Virus record (IMG/VR): IMGVR_UViG_3300012007_000001
Span: 55,238 to 119,237 of that record
Reading direction: 5' to 3' (one strand)
DNA: 64,000 nt
Source of the DNA: a virus
Lineage: Duplodnaviria > Caudoviricetes
Shown: positions 1-9,418 of the stretch, piece by piece
Layout: each line of letters opens with the position of its first letter
Numbering within the stretch: position 1 is the stretch's first letter
Notes under the pieces: model-generated
What the model was told of the DNA's origin: nothing
The model's input: the letters and a program-made list of their open reading frames with translations, nothing else
The model's database searches: none
Translations under genes and position numbers: made by a program

Positions 1-104
1 CAGGTGCTTTCTTGCCGTCATAAATGGCATTGTGCAAATCGCCATATTGCCAGTTGCCAGTCTTGACATCCTTGGCTCTAAATCTTACCGTTCTGTTCAT
101 AGGA

Positions 105-650
105 TTATTTTTTTCTGCCTACATACAGTGTACCTACCACATGGATTTCGGGATAGAATTTTTCTTTTTCCACTTCTATATTGATGCACGTTTTGGCAGT
201 TTTAAGAACTGCGTCCACACACCGCCTTGTCACATCTTCAACCATTCCATCCACGGTGTCGCGAGGTGGTATCATGTATTTTGAAACGCCACGTCTTTCA
301 GCCTCATGCTCCATCATCCGCGCACGAAACAGTTCACCTTCACCAATCACCATGTGACTTTCAATTTTATCCATGTCATATATGGTTTGAGTGACTGGTA
401 TAGGTCGGGCAAGCCGAAGCGTTTCCAGTTCATCTCGCAATGCCCTAACATCCTTTTTCGCTTTCCGCAAGCCGATATAGTTTCTACACCTTTCATGCTT
501 GCAGTAGTCGATAGGCTTCAACTTGTCAGCATATCGCTCCAGCTTACCTCCAAGCCACCGTTTCCAAAGTGGCTTTACATCCTGTCCGTCTGCTATACAA
601 GCCAGTAAGTACAGGATGCCCAATGTTATATAAATAATTGCAATCGTCAT
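105..650 (-). CDS. Hypothetical protein with N-terminal hydrophobic anchor
   Basis: 181-aa ORF in a tightly packed minus-strand operon; N-terminal IAIIYITLGILYLLACIA. Confidence 0.7.
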   Translation of the reverse strand: MTIAIIYITLGILYLLACIADGQDVKPLWKRWLGGKLERYADKLKPIDYCKHERCRNYIGLRKAKKDVRALRDELETLRLARPIPVTQTIYDMDKIESHMVIGEGELFRARMMEHEAERRGVSKYMIPPRDTVDGMVEDVTRRCVDAVLKTAKTCINIEVEKEKFYPEIHVVGTLYVGRKK

Positions 651-652
651 AA

Positions 653-856
653 TTAACAGTTTTTACAATCAACACAAATTCTATTTCCACAACAGGGGCA
701 GGTTATATAATACTGCCATTCATACATGTGGCTCTGCTGGCGTTCACACTCTGATTCAGTGTACTCCAGTTCCGCGCCGCATTTATAGCATTTAGTCTGA
801 TTCACGGCCACAGGCTGCATCCTGTAATGCTTTGGCGGTTTCACTACTCTTACCAT
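653..856 (-). CDS. Small zinc-ribbon protein
   Basis: CYKC...CPCC motifs; abuts neighbours. Confidence 0.65.
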   Translation of the reverse strand: MVRVVKPPKHYRMQPVAVNQTKCYKCGAELEYTESECERQQSHMYEWQYYITCPCCGNRICVDCKNC

Positions 857-1028
857 TATTTTATTTCGTTTTTATCAACAAACATTTCACACTTATCCCA
901 AAAGGGCGATATATGAACACAATATTCATCACCCCGACGCTTGCCCTCTTCCGTCAGCCATGCACGATAGCATTCATCCCGACGCGGGCAGTCCATAGTG
1001 TCGCAGTGGGCGACATCAGATATATAAA

Positions 1029-1466
1029 TCATAACTCCTGCTGTTGTTGACCGAGCCACACATCGAACTTAATCAAGGCATCTTCCATGTCGTGCTGATT
1101 GCCGACAATTCGGGTCTTAGTGAAATCAAATCCCCTGCGAAGTGCCGTCTTGATGGTGACACGCTTTCCACGTTCAATCCTGCCTGATTCGTTCATCGGC
1201 GCAAGATACCAACCTCCCCATAAATCGAGATAGTTAATGATATATGGCTTTTTCTGACCTTCTACAGCCAAGATGTCACGGTCAAAGATGAAATAATCAT
1301 CTTTGTCGTGAAATCCCGTGTACTGGTCTATAGTGCCACGTTCCACCTGTATGACATTTGTATTGTCAACACAAATCTCCATCGGCGCACGGTGCATCAG
1401 CAAGTCACCGTACACAAACTTTCTTGAAAGAATCGCCTTGCCGCGAAAAAGAATAGTCCTATCCAT
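1029..1466 (-). CDS. YopX-family protein
   Basis: ILFRGK, VYGDL, QYTG.HDK....IFDRDIL, IVGNQHD. Confidence 0.85.
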   Translation of the reverse strand: MDRTILFRGKAILSRKFVYGDLLMHRAPMEICVDNTNVIQVERGTIDQYTGFHDKDDYFIFDRDILAVEGQKKPYIINYLDLWGGWYLAPMNESGRIERGKRVTIKTALRRGFDFTKTRIVGNQHDMEDALIKFDVWLGQQQQEL

Positions 1467-1467
1467 A

Positions 1468-1857
1468 TTACTTTTTGTTTATGATGAATCTTTGCCATGC
1501 ACCGATATTCTCCATCAGCATACTGCCACCAACAATATTGAAGGTGTAGTAAGTTGTTCCGTTTTGACCGTTATAGGAGAAATTATACCTGCCATTTTCG
1601 GATGTCGTAACCACACATCTGCACAGATACGCACGATTCGATGTAGAAATGACGATATAAAGCTGGCCATTCTTCGGCAGTTCGCTTTCCATCAGGTCAT
1701 CATCAAACATGATAAACCCGTTCTTATACTGAAACGTCATGCCAGCACGAAAGGCATCTGCAACAACGGCGGCAAACTCTTTCTCTTGGTTAAAGTCGTT
1801 TTCCGCTTTCTTGCAGACTGCATCCAGTTCATTCACATATTTTTCTGTATATCCCAT
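1468..1857 (-). CDS. Hypothetical phage protein
   Basis: 129-aa ORF, 1-bp gaps to neighbours. Confidence 0.7.
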   Translation of the reverse strand: MGYTEKYVNELDAVCKKAENDFNQEKEFAAVVADAFRAGMTFQYKNGFIMFDDDLMESELPKNGQLYIVISTSNRAYLCRCVVTTSENGRYNFSYNGQNGTTYYTFNIVGGSMLMENIGAWQRFIINKK

Positions 1858-1858
1858 A

Positions 1859-2245
1859 TTATTTGCCTTTTTTCTTGCATTTGATAATCAGATTGCCAGT
1901 CTCTTCATCATTGCAGGTCTGCAAGTTGTTCTCGCAGTTCCGACAGAAGTAACCGCCCATCAGAGGCTTGTCACCTTCAACATTCAGCACAGGGCATTCA
2001 ACCCTTGCATTCGGTTTGATGACATACTGCTCATATTTTGGCTGTTCCACAGACTTTGTGCCGACAGGTACGATTTCGCACTCCGTCGGCTCTTTGTCTA
2101 TCCACTGCACATTGGGATGCTGGCTGTTATCCAACATTACCAACTGGCAGTTGTGCTTTGTTTTCCAGCTTCCGTTATGCTTGAACGGCTTCTCGTCAGT
2201 CACCAACAGAATCAGGTCATTGTTTTGTTCGCGTACTAAATACAT
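1859..2245 (-). CDS. Hypothetical phage protein, Cys-rich C-terminus
   Basis: 128-aa ORF in operon. Confidence 0.7.
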   Translation of the reverse strand: MYLVREQNNDLILLVTDEKPFKHNGSWKTKHNCQLVMLDNSQHPNVQWIDKEPTECEIVPVGTKSVEQPKYEQYVIKPNARVECPVLNVEGDKPLMGGYFCRNCENNLQTCNDEETGNLIIKCKKKGK

Positions 2246-2249
2246 ATCC

Positions 2250-2555
2250 TTATTTCATTGTTCCAATAAATTTCAGATAAACAATATGTTTGCCGTCACA
2301 GACATCATGGCTGATGCAGTTGAAGCAATACACCTTTTCGTATTTCTCGCCCAAAGGCACTTGACAGTCACAGTTTGGCTCCCTATTCGTTCCAAGCGTA
2401 CCATCCTGTATGCCACTTATAACCTGCGCTTGCAGCGATTCAAATATTTGGTCGTGACGATATGCGCCACACCGCTTTGCATGTGAGCGTTTGTGCAGGT
2501 CGATGACAAATTCATCTAACTCCTTGAAGTTGGCTATCCGCAAATCTAATTCCAT
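2250..2555 (-). CDS. Hypothetical phage protein
   Basis: 101-aa ORF in operon. Confidence 0.65.
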   Translation of the reverse strand: MELDLRIANFKELDEFVIDLHKRSHAKRCGAYRHDQIFESLQAQVISGIQDGTLGTNREPNCDCQVPLGEKYEKVYCFNCISHDVCDGKHIVYLKFIGTMK

Positions 2556-2757
2556 CCTTCTGCTATTTCAATTCGTACTTTTCTTGAATATCTTCAGGAG
2601 TACAATCGTATTTGTTCCCTTTTTGTTCCTTTTCGGCCTTTGCTGGCTTATCCAGCGTCACGGCCACCCTTGCAAATTGTCTGTTCATGTTTCTTTTCAG
2701 TTCTTTCCATTTCTTGCAACTCTTGAAAGAATTAGCAAGAATTATCACATCACTTTA

Positions 2758-3072
2758 TTATTCGACCTTACACCCACAGGCTATCATCCGCTGGTGCTCT
2801 GCCTTTACCTCCTTGATGAATGCGTCTAATAGCGTCTTGTTGTTTTTTACCGTATAAAAGGTGTAAATATTGAGATTGACAACAGCGAAATCCATTTTTC
2901 CATCGTCCTGCTCCACTTTCTTTGTCTGCGAGATAAAACAGGCGTTGACGGCAATGCAGCCATCATCCTGATACTTGCGCAACCTGACTTCCAAATTCAC
3001 TGTTTCCGCATACTTTTCCTGAATCGACTGCAATTTGCGGAGAAACTGCATCATCTTAGGTTTCTGTGCCAT
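2758..3072 (-). CDS. Hypothetical phage protein
   Basis: 104-aa ORF in operon. Confidence 0.65.
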   Translation of the reverse strand: MAQKPKMMQFLRKLQSIQEKYAETVNLEVRLRKYQDDGCIAVNACFISQTKKVEQDDGKMDFAVVNLNIYTFYTVKNNKTLLDAFIKEVKAEHQRMIACGCKVE

Positions 3073-3239
3073 AATCCATATCTGTTTTGAATATCCGATT
3101 TACTAAATTCCGAACCTTGATACCCTTGAGTCGGGTTATCTTGCGGCTACGGTGGCCGCGCTTCTTTGCTGCACCCTTCACCTCGTCGAAATCCCACGAA
3201 TGGCGAATCTGCATGATTTTTCTGCCTGTTATCTTCATA

Positions 3240-3512
3240 TTATTTGAATTGTTCTGTACCACACACCAAGACATCACCGACAATCGCATTGGCCTTCCGT
3301 GCCATGAATGCAATCAATGAAGCCTGCTTGTTATATGGCAACTTTCTAATCAATCCCTCTTCGTTGACAATCATAATTTGGGTACTGCTTAGATGAATCA
3401 CCTCGACATAGCCTCCGACGATTTTCTGTGCCTCTTCAAGGCTGAAATCCGTACCGTTCTTTGGCGTTATACCATAATACTCGCCGTTTGCATGTATTAC
3501 TGTTGCTGTCAT
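3240..3512 (-). CDS. DUF3846-family protein
   Basis: LEEAQKIVGGYVE, IVNEEG...KLPYN..AS, IVGDVLV. Confidence 0.85.
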   Translation of the reverse strand: MTATVIHANGEYYGITPKNGTDFSLEEAQKIVGGYVEVIHLSSTQIMIVNEEGLIRKLPYNKQASLIAFMARKANAIVGDVLVCGTEQFK

Positions 3513-3524
3513 AATTCTAAAAGG

Positions 3525-3794
3525 TTAAAAATCACATTCAAATGAATATTGCTTTTTCAGTGTTTCCAGTGCCTTTTCAGTAACAAGATAGATGCCGTTA
3601 TTCATTGGCTTTACCGAGCGATTTTGTTTCAGTTCTATAGGTCGCTTTATCCTGTTGCACCGTATCTCATACCGTTCACCATAGACGGCTGTTATCAGAA
3701 AGTCAGCCTGTCTCTTGCGTTCATCTAAGGCAGTGGGCTTATATTCACCCTTCTTGATGAAATTGGTATCTACAAAATAACCTCTTGCTGTCAT
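3525..3794 (-). CDS. Hypothetical phage protein preceded by the conserved leader
   Basis: 89-aa ORF; leader copy at 3803-3840. Confidence 0.75.
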   Translation of the reverse strand: MTARGYFVDTNFIKKGEYKPTALDERKRQADFLITAVYGERYEIRCNRIKRPIELKQNRSVKPMNNGIYLVTEKALETLKKQYSFECDF

Positions 3795-3844
3795 AATCGA
3801 AATGCCTGTTTACTGTCGGCTCGTCAGTTCTAAATGGTTGTGAT

Positions 3845-3872
3845 AAGGCCGCATGGCTAATACAGCGGCCTT
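3845..3872. terminator. Intergenic hairpin (terminator or processing stem)
   Basis: AAGGCCGC-N12-GCGGCCTT inverted repeat; no clear U tract. Confidence 0.45.
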
Positions 3873-3884
3873 GTATGCTGTTTA

Positions 3885-4097
3885 TTATAATTCTTCGGGC
3901 TTGTGCATCCTGTCGTACTCCTCATCCCAAATGGCATCCAGTTCATCCTCTTCTGCATAGACATCGGTATTGTCGTACTTCAAAATCAGTCGCTTTGCGA
4001 AATTGATATGGGTCTTTGCCATTGCGCTGTCTGCGTTCATTATTGTCTGAGCGTCTGAAAGGTGGCTCATGATGGCGATTTGAATGTTGACTTGCAT
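3885..4097 (-). CDS. Hypothetical protein (start re-called at MQVNIQ)
   Basis: ATG lies 9 nt after a leader copy; the upstream in-frame extension is promoter/leader sequence. Confidence 0.7.
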   Translation of the reverse strand: MQVNIQIAIMSHLSDAQTIMNADSAMAKTHINFAKRLILKYDNTDVYAEEDELDAIWDEEYDRMHKPEEL

Positions 4098-4166
4098 AAT
4101 CTTCTGTGCCTGTTTGTCATCAGTCGGCTCTTCTGTTCTAAATGTTGTTGTTTCTTTTTGTTGGTA

Positions 4167-4198
4167 CAAAGGTAAGCAATTAAATTGAAACTACCAAA
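4167..4198 (-). promoter_or_regulatory. Bacteroidetes sigma-A promoter, leftward
   Basis: TTTG-N20-TACCTTTG on the minus strand. Confidence 0.75.
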
Positions 4199-4316
4199 TT
4201 TTTCAGCAGAAAAATAAAGTTATTTGCTTTATTTAACAGTTAAAACGGCAAAAACAAAAGAAAAGGGGTGCAATATCGCTTTTGCATCCCTATAATATAT
4301 ATGTATGGCAGAATTA

Positions 4317-4778
4317 TCAAATATCGCTGAAATCCAGTGTGCAGTCAAGAGCCTGCGCAACACTGAGGAGAAAATCGCAGTCAGACTTGTATTTACCGCG
4401 TTCCGCGCCGCATATTGCTGACCGCTTCGCGCCTATCATGTCTGCAAGCTGCTGTTCTGTAAGATGACGCTGCTTTCGTTTGTTGGCTATCTTTCGGCCA
4501 AGACGGATGCGCTTAATCATCCTGTCTTTCAAAAGCAAATCCTCATCACCCTTTCGGGCTTCTGCCACAAAAGCAATCTCTGCCAGCACAGAACCATCAC
4601 CATCATAGACGCGATACGCTGGAACCTTCACCGTGTTGAAGAAACTGACCTTCGGCGGCTGTGGGAAATCCTTACAATTATCGGCATAGAACGGCTCTAT
4701 CTGACCGTTACCCTCGGAGGCAAGCATCTGTGCAAGTCTGCGGGCATCATCTTCGTAATATTCTGAATATCTTTCCAT
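4317..4778 (-). CDS. XRE-family HTH regulator with an extra N-terminal domain
   Basis: C-terminal RKQRHLTEQQLADMIGAKRSAICGAERGK. Confidence 0.85.
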   Translation of the reverse strand: MERYSEYYEDDARRLAQMLASEGNGQIEPFYADNCKDFPQPPKVSFFNTVKVPAYRVYDGDGSVLAEIAFVAEARKGDEDLLLKDRMIKRIRLGRKIANKRKQRHLTEQQLADMIGAKRSAICGAERGKYKSDCDFLLSVAQALDCTLDFSDI

Positions 4779-4798
4779 GTGCGGTTAAATTTTTAGTG

Positions 4799-4830
4799 CA
4801 AAGATAAAGTTATTTGCTTACATTCCCAAA
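4799..4830 (-). promoter_or_regulatory. Promoter of the XRE gene overlapped by a palindromic operator
   Basis: TTTG-N20-TATCTTTG; AGATAA-AG-TTATTT at 4802-4815. Confidence 0.7.
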
Positions 4831-4862
4831 TTTATATGCTGTTTTTTATATCAAAATAACAT

Positions 4863-5300
4863 TTACGGCTTTATCAGTCCTGCATCTTCCAGTCTTTTGG
4901 AAATCTTATTATAGACAGCATCGACATCCGCATGAAATTCTGAATAGATATAATAATACATCTTCACGTTTTTGCAATTATGTGATATAAGCGTTTTCTT
5001 GCATCCTGTGACTTTGGCAATTTTGTCACGAATGCCACCTCTCTTCATCTTCCGACCACAAAATGTTTCGGGAGAATACAGATACAGGATGATGAAAATG
5101 AACTTAGACCGCTGAATCGTGTTATTCAGTTCCTTGATATTCGGATGCAATTCACGCATCGCAGATAAGAACATGTCGTAGATGTTGCCTATCAGCGAAA
5201 CGTCTGTCAGAATAGGGCATAGCAGTTTTCGCTCTTCTTCAAGTATTTGCTGCTTCCTTTTCTGTAAAGATTCCATTTGGATAATAATATTTTTCAGCAT
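4863..5300 (-). CDS. Hypothetical protein (Bacteroidales phage type, possible DNA binder)
   Basis: 145-aa ORF; KFIFIILYLYSP...G.R..IA motif. Confidence 0.75.
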   Translation of the reverse strand: MLKNIIIQMESLQKRKQQILEEERKLLCPILTDVSLIGNIYDMFLSAMRELHPNIKELNNTIQRSKFIFIILYLYSPETFCGRKMKRGGIRDKIAKVTGCKKTLISHNCKNVKMYYYIYSEFHADVDAVYNKISKRLEDAGLIKP

Positions 5301-5303
5301 AAA

Positions 5304-5387
5304 TTTGGATATTTGCGTTAAAACCAGTACCTTTGCAGCGTCGAGTAATTCGGGGTGTGGAATGTGCGAGCATCTGCCCCCTTTTTT
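5304..5387 (+). ncRNA. Candidate short antisense transcription unit
   Basis: TTTG-N20-TACCTTTG (5304-5335) followed by a GCGA-capped hairpin and T6 run, opposite to the operon. Confidence 0.45.
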
Positions 5388-5582
5388 ATTCTTCGCTGCT
5401 TTCGTTCTTTAATTCTTCACAGTCACCTTCCCGATAGGTAAAGCAAACCTGTATGTCATTACTCTTGCATTCTTCCCTGTACTGGCGGAGCAACTCAGAA
5501 CGTGTTAGTTCCAAGTTGTCCGTCAGAATATCAGTGTGGCGCACCTTTCGCAGTGTGCCGTTTTCTGTCACCCGTATTCTCG

Positions 5583-6338
5583 TTATTTTGAACATACTCC
5601 AAGTTTTTTCTTTTCAAGTTCCATCAATGTCAGTATGCAGTAGTTGGCCATATCCATCAATGAGTCATTGATGCTTTCTTGTTTGACCTGCCCCTCTGCC
5701 TCGGAAAGTACCTCGACACGGTTCAGCTTTTCTTCAAGGTGCATCCTTGCATACTTCATTCCATATTTCTCAAACAGCTTGGCAAACGAGTTGCCGTAGT
5801 CGTGATTCTTGGCCTTGAATGTGTCGGCCATCCATTCGGTGATACGCTTGAATCGGTCTGCATCGGTCATGTTCAGTTCAAAGTCGCGGATGTTCTTTTG
5901 CACCAGCTTTGCAATCTGACTGCTATGGAAATAGGGGATGACCTTGTTATCACCTTTCAGCTGCGGATATTTCTCCATGTACTCCAGTGCTGCATCCTTG
6001 CTGTTAAACAGAAGAACGGAAAGGTCATGCGCACCGCCCATGTGCATTGCACCTTTCTCGTCAATACGCTGGAATACATAATCGTACATGTTCTTTCTGT
6101 AACCTATCACCCATGCGTCAGGTCGAAGGTCGCCGATTCTGATGATTTCCTCGTCCTTTGCGTAGTGCCGTGCGTCATCGCGGCTTATGAACTTGAACGC
6201 CAGTTCGATGTCATTTGTATAGCTACCTTGAGACTGCATGAATGCCGTCTTGCAGCGTTGTGTTTCCGCATCAAACTGGCAGTCAACAACAACAAATAAA
6301 TTGTCTAACAGATATTCTTTCTTTTCCATAAACATCAT
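5583..6338 (-). CDS. DUF1599 / nucleotide-modification-associated domain protein with N-terminal extension
   Basis: KNHDYGNSF...EEKLNR...ESINDSLMDMANYCILTLME. Confidence 0.8.
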   Translation of the reverse strand: MMFMEKKEYLLDNLFVVVDCQFDAETQRCKTAFMQSQGSYTNDIELAFKFISRDDARHYAKDEEIIRIGDLRPDAWVIGYRKNMYDYVFQRIDEKGAMHMGGAHDLSVLLFNSKDAALEYMEKYPQLKGDNKVIPYFHSSQIAKLVQKNIRDFELNMTDADRFKRITEWMADTFKAKNHDYGNSFAKLFEKYGMKYARMHLEEKLNRVEVLSEAEGQVKQESINDSLMDMANYCILTLMELEKKKLGVCSK

Positions 6339-6940
6339 TTTGTACCTGTACTGCCAAAGCCGCCGTCACCGCGCTCACTTTCATCCAGCTTATCTACCAA
6401 TATAAGTTCTGTATTGGGTACTGGAAGAATTGCCATCTGACCAATCTTGTAGCCTTTTGCCAACGTCACGGAAGACTTGTCAACCTTGCCGTTTTCGTCA
6501 ATCCTGCTTGGTGTGGGGTGGTGATTATCGACAATACATCCGACTACACCACGGTAGCCTGCATCCACGATGCCAGTCTTTACTTCCGCATCTATGCGCT
6601 CGCCGTTTACATTCTCAAGCCCTTTCGACATATTCCCGCTTCGTGAACGGATGTATGCACAATAGCCTTGCGGCAGCTGTATGCAGAATCCCAATGGTAT
6701 CTGCTGACGGCCATGTTTCAATACCGTTTCCGATGGCAGATACAAGTCATAGCAGGCATCGTCATCATGTGCCTTTACTGGCATAATCCCACCTTCACGC
6801 AACACTATCTTGATGTCAACAGGAGCGTCATGCTCCACTTGCCACCAGTCAAGTTTTGCTACCATGAAGTTAAAATACAAGAAGATTGCCAAGAATGAAA
6901 AGGCAATGACAATTAACAATCCGATATTATTCAGTTCCAT
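6335..6940 (-). CDS. dut: Trimeric dUTPase (start uncertain, 6940 or 6865)
   Basis: Motifs ACYDL, RSG, GIVDAGYRG, IGQ, RGDGGFGSTG. Confidence 0.95.
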   Translation of the reverse strand: MELNNIGLLIVIAFSFLAIFLYFNFMVAKLDWWQVEHDAPVDIKIVLREGGIMPVKAHDDDACYDLYLPSETVLKHGRQQIPLGFCIQLPQGYCAYIRSRSGNMSKGLENVNGERIDAEVKTGIVDAGYRGVVGCIVDNHHPTPSRIDENGKVDKSSVTLAKGYKIGQMAILPVPNTELILVDKLDESERGDGGFGSTGTK

Positions 6941-7259
6941 TTTCGATAATTGATGTTTTTGTTTCACTAAATCTTTCCTTCAATTTCACGCAGAAGGATT
7001 TCGCGTCGTAATACACGGATTCGACATACCAAAGCGACTGCCTGAATCCGTTTCTTAACTGGATGGTATCAAACGGATAGCACACCCAATCGTTATTGTT
7101 ATGGAAACACTCCCAGCATTCCTGCCTGTCATGTACCAAACACATATCATGCGGATTCGTTGTCTTTGCGCTGTAGCATAGACGCTTTATCCAGTGTGCA
7201 TTGAACGGGATGCGTACAATCCCACCAGCCTTGATGGAATCGTACTCACCCTTTGTCAT
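6927..7259 (-). CDS. Hypothetical protein, possibly ASCH/PUA-like
   Basis: YDSIKAG...WIKRL...FDTIQLRNG pattern. Confidence 0.5.
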   Translation of the reverse strand: MTKGEYDSIKAGGIVRIPFNAHWIKRLCYSAKTTNPHDMCLVHDRQECWECFHNNNDWVCYPFDTIQLRNGFRQSLWYVESVYYDAKSFCVKLKERFSETKTSIIENGTE

Positions 7260-7552
7260 TTGATAATAGAGCCGCATTGTTCCGAAATCTTTTGTCTCAC
7301 AACCTTGTCTATTGCCCTATTCATAAACACAGTAAACATCCTGTCTGCAATCATAAGAATTGCCGCATAGGATGACATGAAAGCCGCCAATCCGTACTTC
7401 CAGCCATAGAACCACGTCACAGCCACACCGATAACGCCAGCAAGCATCAGCAATATGGCTGCAAGCATGAATTTTCTGTGATAGGCATAGATATAGATTC
7501 CCAGCTTATCCTCGTCTGTGATTTCGCACTTTAGTTCGTACATCAGTTTCAT
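7256..7552 (-). CDS. Two-TM membrane protein
   Basis: Two hydrophobic segments. Confidence 0.7.
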   Translation of the reverse strand: MKLMYELKCEITDEDKLGIYIYAYHRKFMLAAILLMLAGVIGVAVTWFYGWKYGLAAFMSSYAAILMIADRMFTVFMNRAIDKVVRQKISEQCGSIIK

Positions 7553-7555
7553 CTG

Positions 7556-8041
7556 CTACTGTTCGTATTCGGGCTTATCGTCCTGTTCTTTCTTCTTGTA
7601 CTCAAACACGTCGATTATGTTGGTTTCCGATACAGATGAGATAACATAGTCTATCATCGTACCACCCATGATTTCTTCGATGCCCTTTACAGCACTTTGC
7701 AGCGTACCAGCCTGCACAAGATAGCAGCAGTTCGTCCGTTTCTCCTTTTCCGTCTTTTCATCAATAGTGATGAATTGCAGCTTGGCCTTATACCAGCGGT
7801 CTGCCATTTCATCGTCATTGAAGAAAATCTCCTTGAATGGGCATTTCTTCATGTCATCAACCGTGAACTCGCCGCTGATGTACGCGGACATTTCCTCAAT
7901 CATGCGACCTTCGCCCTCGGTGAACGAAAGCGCATCGACAACGTAGTTTTCAGATACTTTCTTCTGTAAACCATCTTCCATTGTCTTTTCATACCGAATC
8001 TTTACATTAAACCATTCGGCTGTTCTACTTCTGTAAGCCAT
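7556..8041 (-). CDS. DUF4494-family protein
   Basis: WFNVKIRYEKTMEDG.QKKVSE.YVVDALSFTE.E...DRWYKAKL.FITIDEK. Confidence 0.9.
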   Translation of the reverse strand: MAYRSRTAEWFNVKIRYEKTMEDGLQKKVSENYVVDALSFTEGEGRMIEEMSAYISGEFTVDDMKKCPFKEIFFNDDEMADRWYKAKLQFITIDEKTEKEKRTNCCYLVQAGTLQSAVKGIEEIMGGTMIDYVISSVSETNIIDVFEYKKKEQDDKPEYEQ

Positions 8042-8046
8042 AATCT

Positions 8047-8580
8047 TTAATCTTCTTTTTTGTTAGACTTCATGTATTTAATTCTCTCGTTTACATAGTA
8101 TTCCAAATCCACGTCTTCCGACTTAGCCCAACTGATAATGAATCCCGTCATCATAATCACGCGCTTTTTGATGGGTACTACGGACATTACCAGCTTCGCA
8201 AAGGAAAAGCAGTTGTTATTGAACGTGAACTCCGTGAAATTGCGCTTAAATTCAGGCTCCAGTGCCTCAAAGTTCATTTCTTTTGCAGCGGCCAAATCCA
8301 AGACACCCAACATCAGGTCTGCGAACCGTTCTTCTGTTGACAATCGGATATATTGCCTGTAATTCCTTACGGGATTTGGCTTCTTGAACAGTCTGCGTTC
8401 ATTATTGTAATGCTCGTAACTTCCACGGTCTGCAATCCGCTTCAACTTCACTGCGATTCGCAAGGCTGTAAGATAATCCAGCAGCCTGACCAATCCCTCT
8501 CCGATGTCTGATTTGTCCCATAACCCAGCATTTAGGGCATGTATCTCTTTTGAAACTCTTTCAAGTTGTTCCTTTGTCAT
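8047..8580 (-). CDS. Hypothetical protein, degenerate MazG-like helical domain
   Basis: EERFADLMLGVLDLA resembles EELADxxIRLLDL; ..DLEYYVNERIKY. Confidence 0.45.
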   Translation of the reverse strand: MTKEQLERVSKEIHALNAGLWDKSDIGEGLVRLLDYLTALRIAVKLKRIADRGSYEHYNNERRLFKKPNPVRNYRQYIRLSTEERFADLMLGVLDLAAAKEMNFEALEPEFKRNFTEFTFNNNCFSFAKLVMSVVPIKKRVIMMTGFIISWAKSEDVDLEYYVNERIKYMKSNKKED

Positions 8581-8846
8581 GGATTCATAATTTTTTTGAT
8601 GTAGGCATCCCGCAGATGTTTGATGACATCGCCAACGTCACTTGCCTTGACATTCCACTGCCCCTCAATGTTAGACACATGAAACAGCGGCATACCACAC
8701 ACCACAATTTCGTTGATTAACTCGCCGTTTTCAACCCTGCATGTAGGATAAATCTCGGTCTCTGCCATTTCCACAGCTTTATTGCGCATATCCGTTTGTG
8801 TGCGCTCTGCGAAATAATTTTTGATTTTACTTAAACTAATTTCCAT
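8577..8846 (-). CDS. Hypothetical phage protein
   Basis: 89-aa ORF with ATGA overlap. Confidence 0.7.
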   Translation of the reverse strand: MEISLSKIKNYFAERTQTDMRNKAVEMAETEIYPTCRVENGELINEIVVCGMPLFHVSNIEGQWNVKASDVGDVIKHLRDAYIKKIMNP

Positions 8847-8847
8847 T

Positions 8848-9417
8848 TTATTTCCTATATTTTTGAAATTTATTACCCCAGTTTCCCGAATTATGTTTCC
8901 GAATTAAAGAACTTGCCTTATTCTTCATCATTTTATACATGTCATCACACCTTTCTCCCCATGCCAAATCGTTTTCGTATTCCGAATTTTCGCGCATATA
9001 CTTCATCTTGGCTTGTATCATTTCAGATAATTCCTTGATGTCGTTATGTATCTCATAATTCAAGGTCTTGTCTGTGCGATGCAACACGTCGTTGATGTCA
9101 TTGATGCAGGATTCCATAATGTCGATAGCCATAAACAGCGTTACATTCAACATCTTTATTTCATCCCTATCATCCTGAGGCAAAGGCACATCCTTAAACT
9201 CCATCTCTTCATATTCTTCATTCACTTCGTCGAGATAAGCCTGCACTACAGTTCCGAAAAGGACTTCAATGACCTTGCCCAATGCTAAAGCGGCATCAAA
9301 GTCTTTTTTCTGCTGCAAGAGATACTGCTGTGTCCGCAATCCCTTCACCTTCGGGTCGGCTTCAAACTTGTTGCGTATCTGAGACATTAACTCAGCTGGT
9401 ATATCCTTTGCTTCCAT
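8848..9417 (-). CDS. Hypothetical phage protein
   Basis: 189-aa ORF in operon. Confidence 0.75.
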   Translation of the reverse strand: MEAKDIPAELMSQIRNKFEADPKVKGLRTQQYLLQQKKDFDAALALGKVIEVLFGTVVQAYLDEVNEEYEEMEFKDVPLPQDDRDEIKMLNVTLFMAIDIMESCINDINDVLHRTDKTLNYEIHNDIKELSEMIQAKMKYMRENSEYENDLAWGERCDDMYKMMKNKASSLIRKHNSGNWGNKFQKYRK

Positions 9418-9418
9418 A

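Noticed and set aside
3803-4150. Hammerhead ribozymes (CTGACGA and CTGATGA in two leader copies)
   Set aside because: No GAAA core or stem III, and the CTGANGA string is not conserved in the other copies
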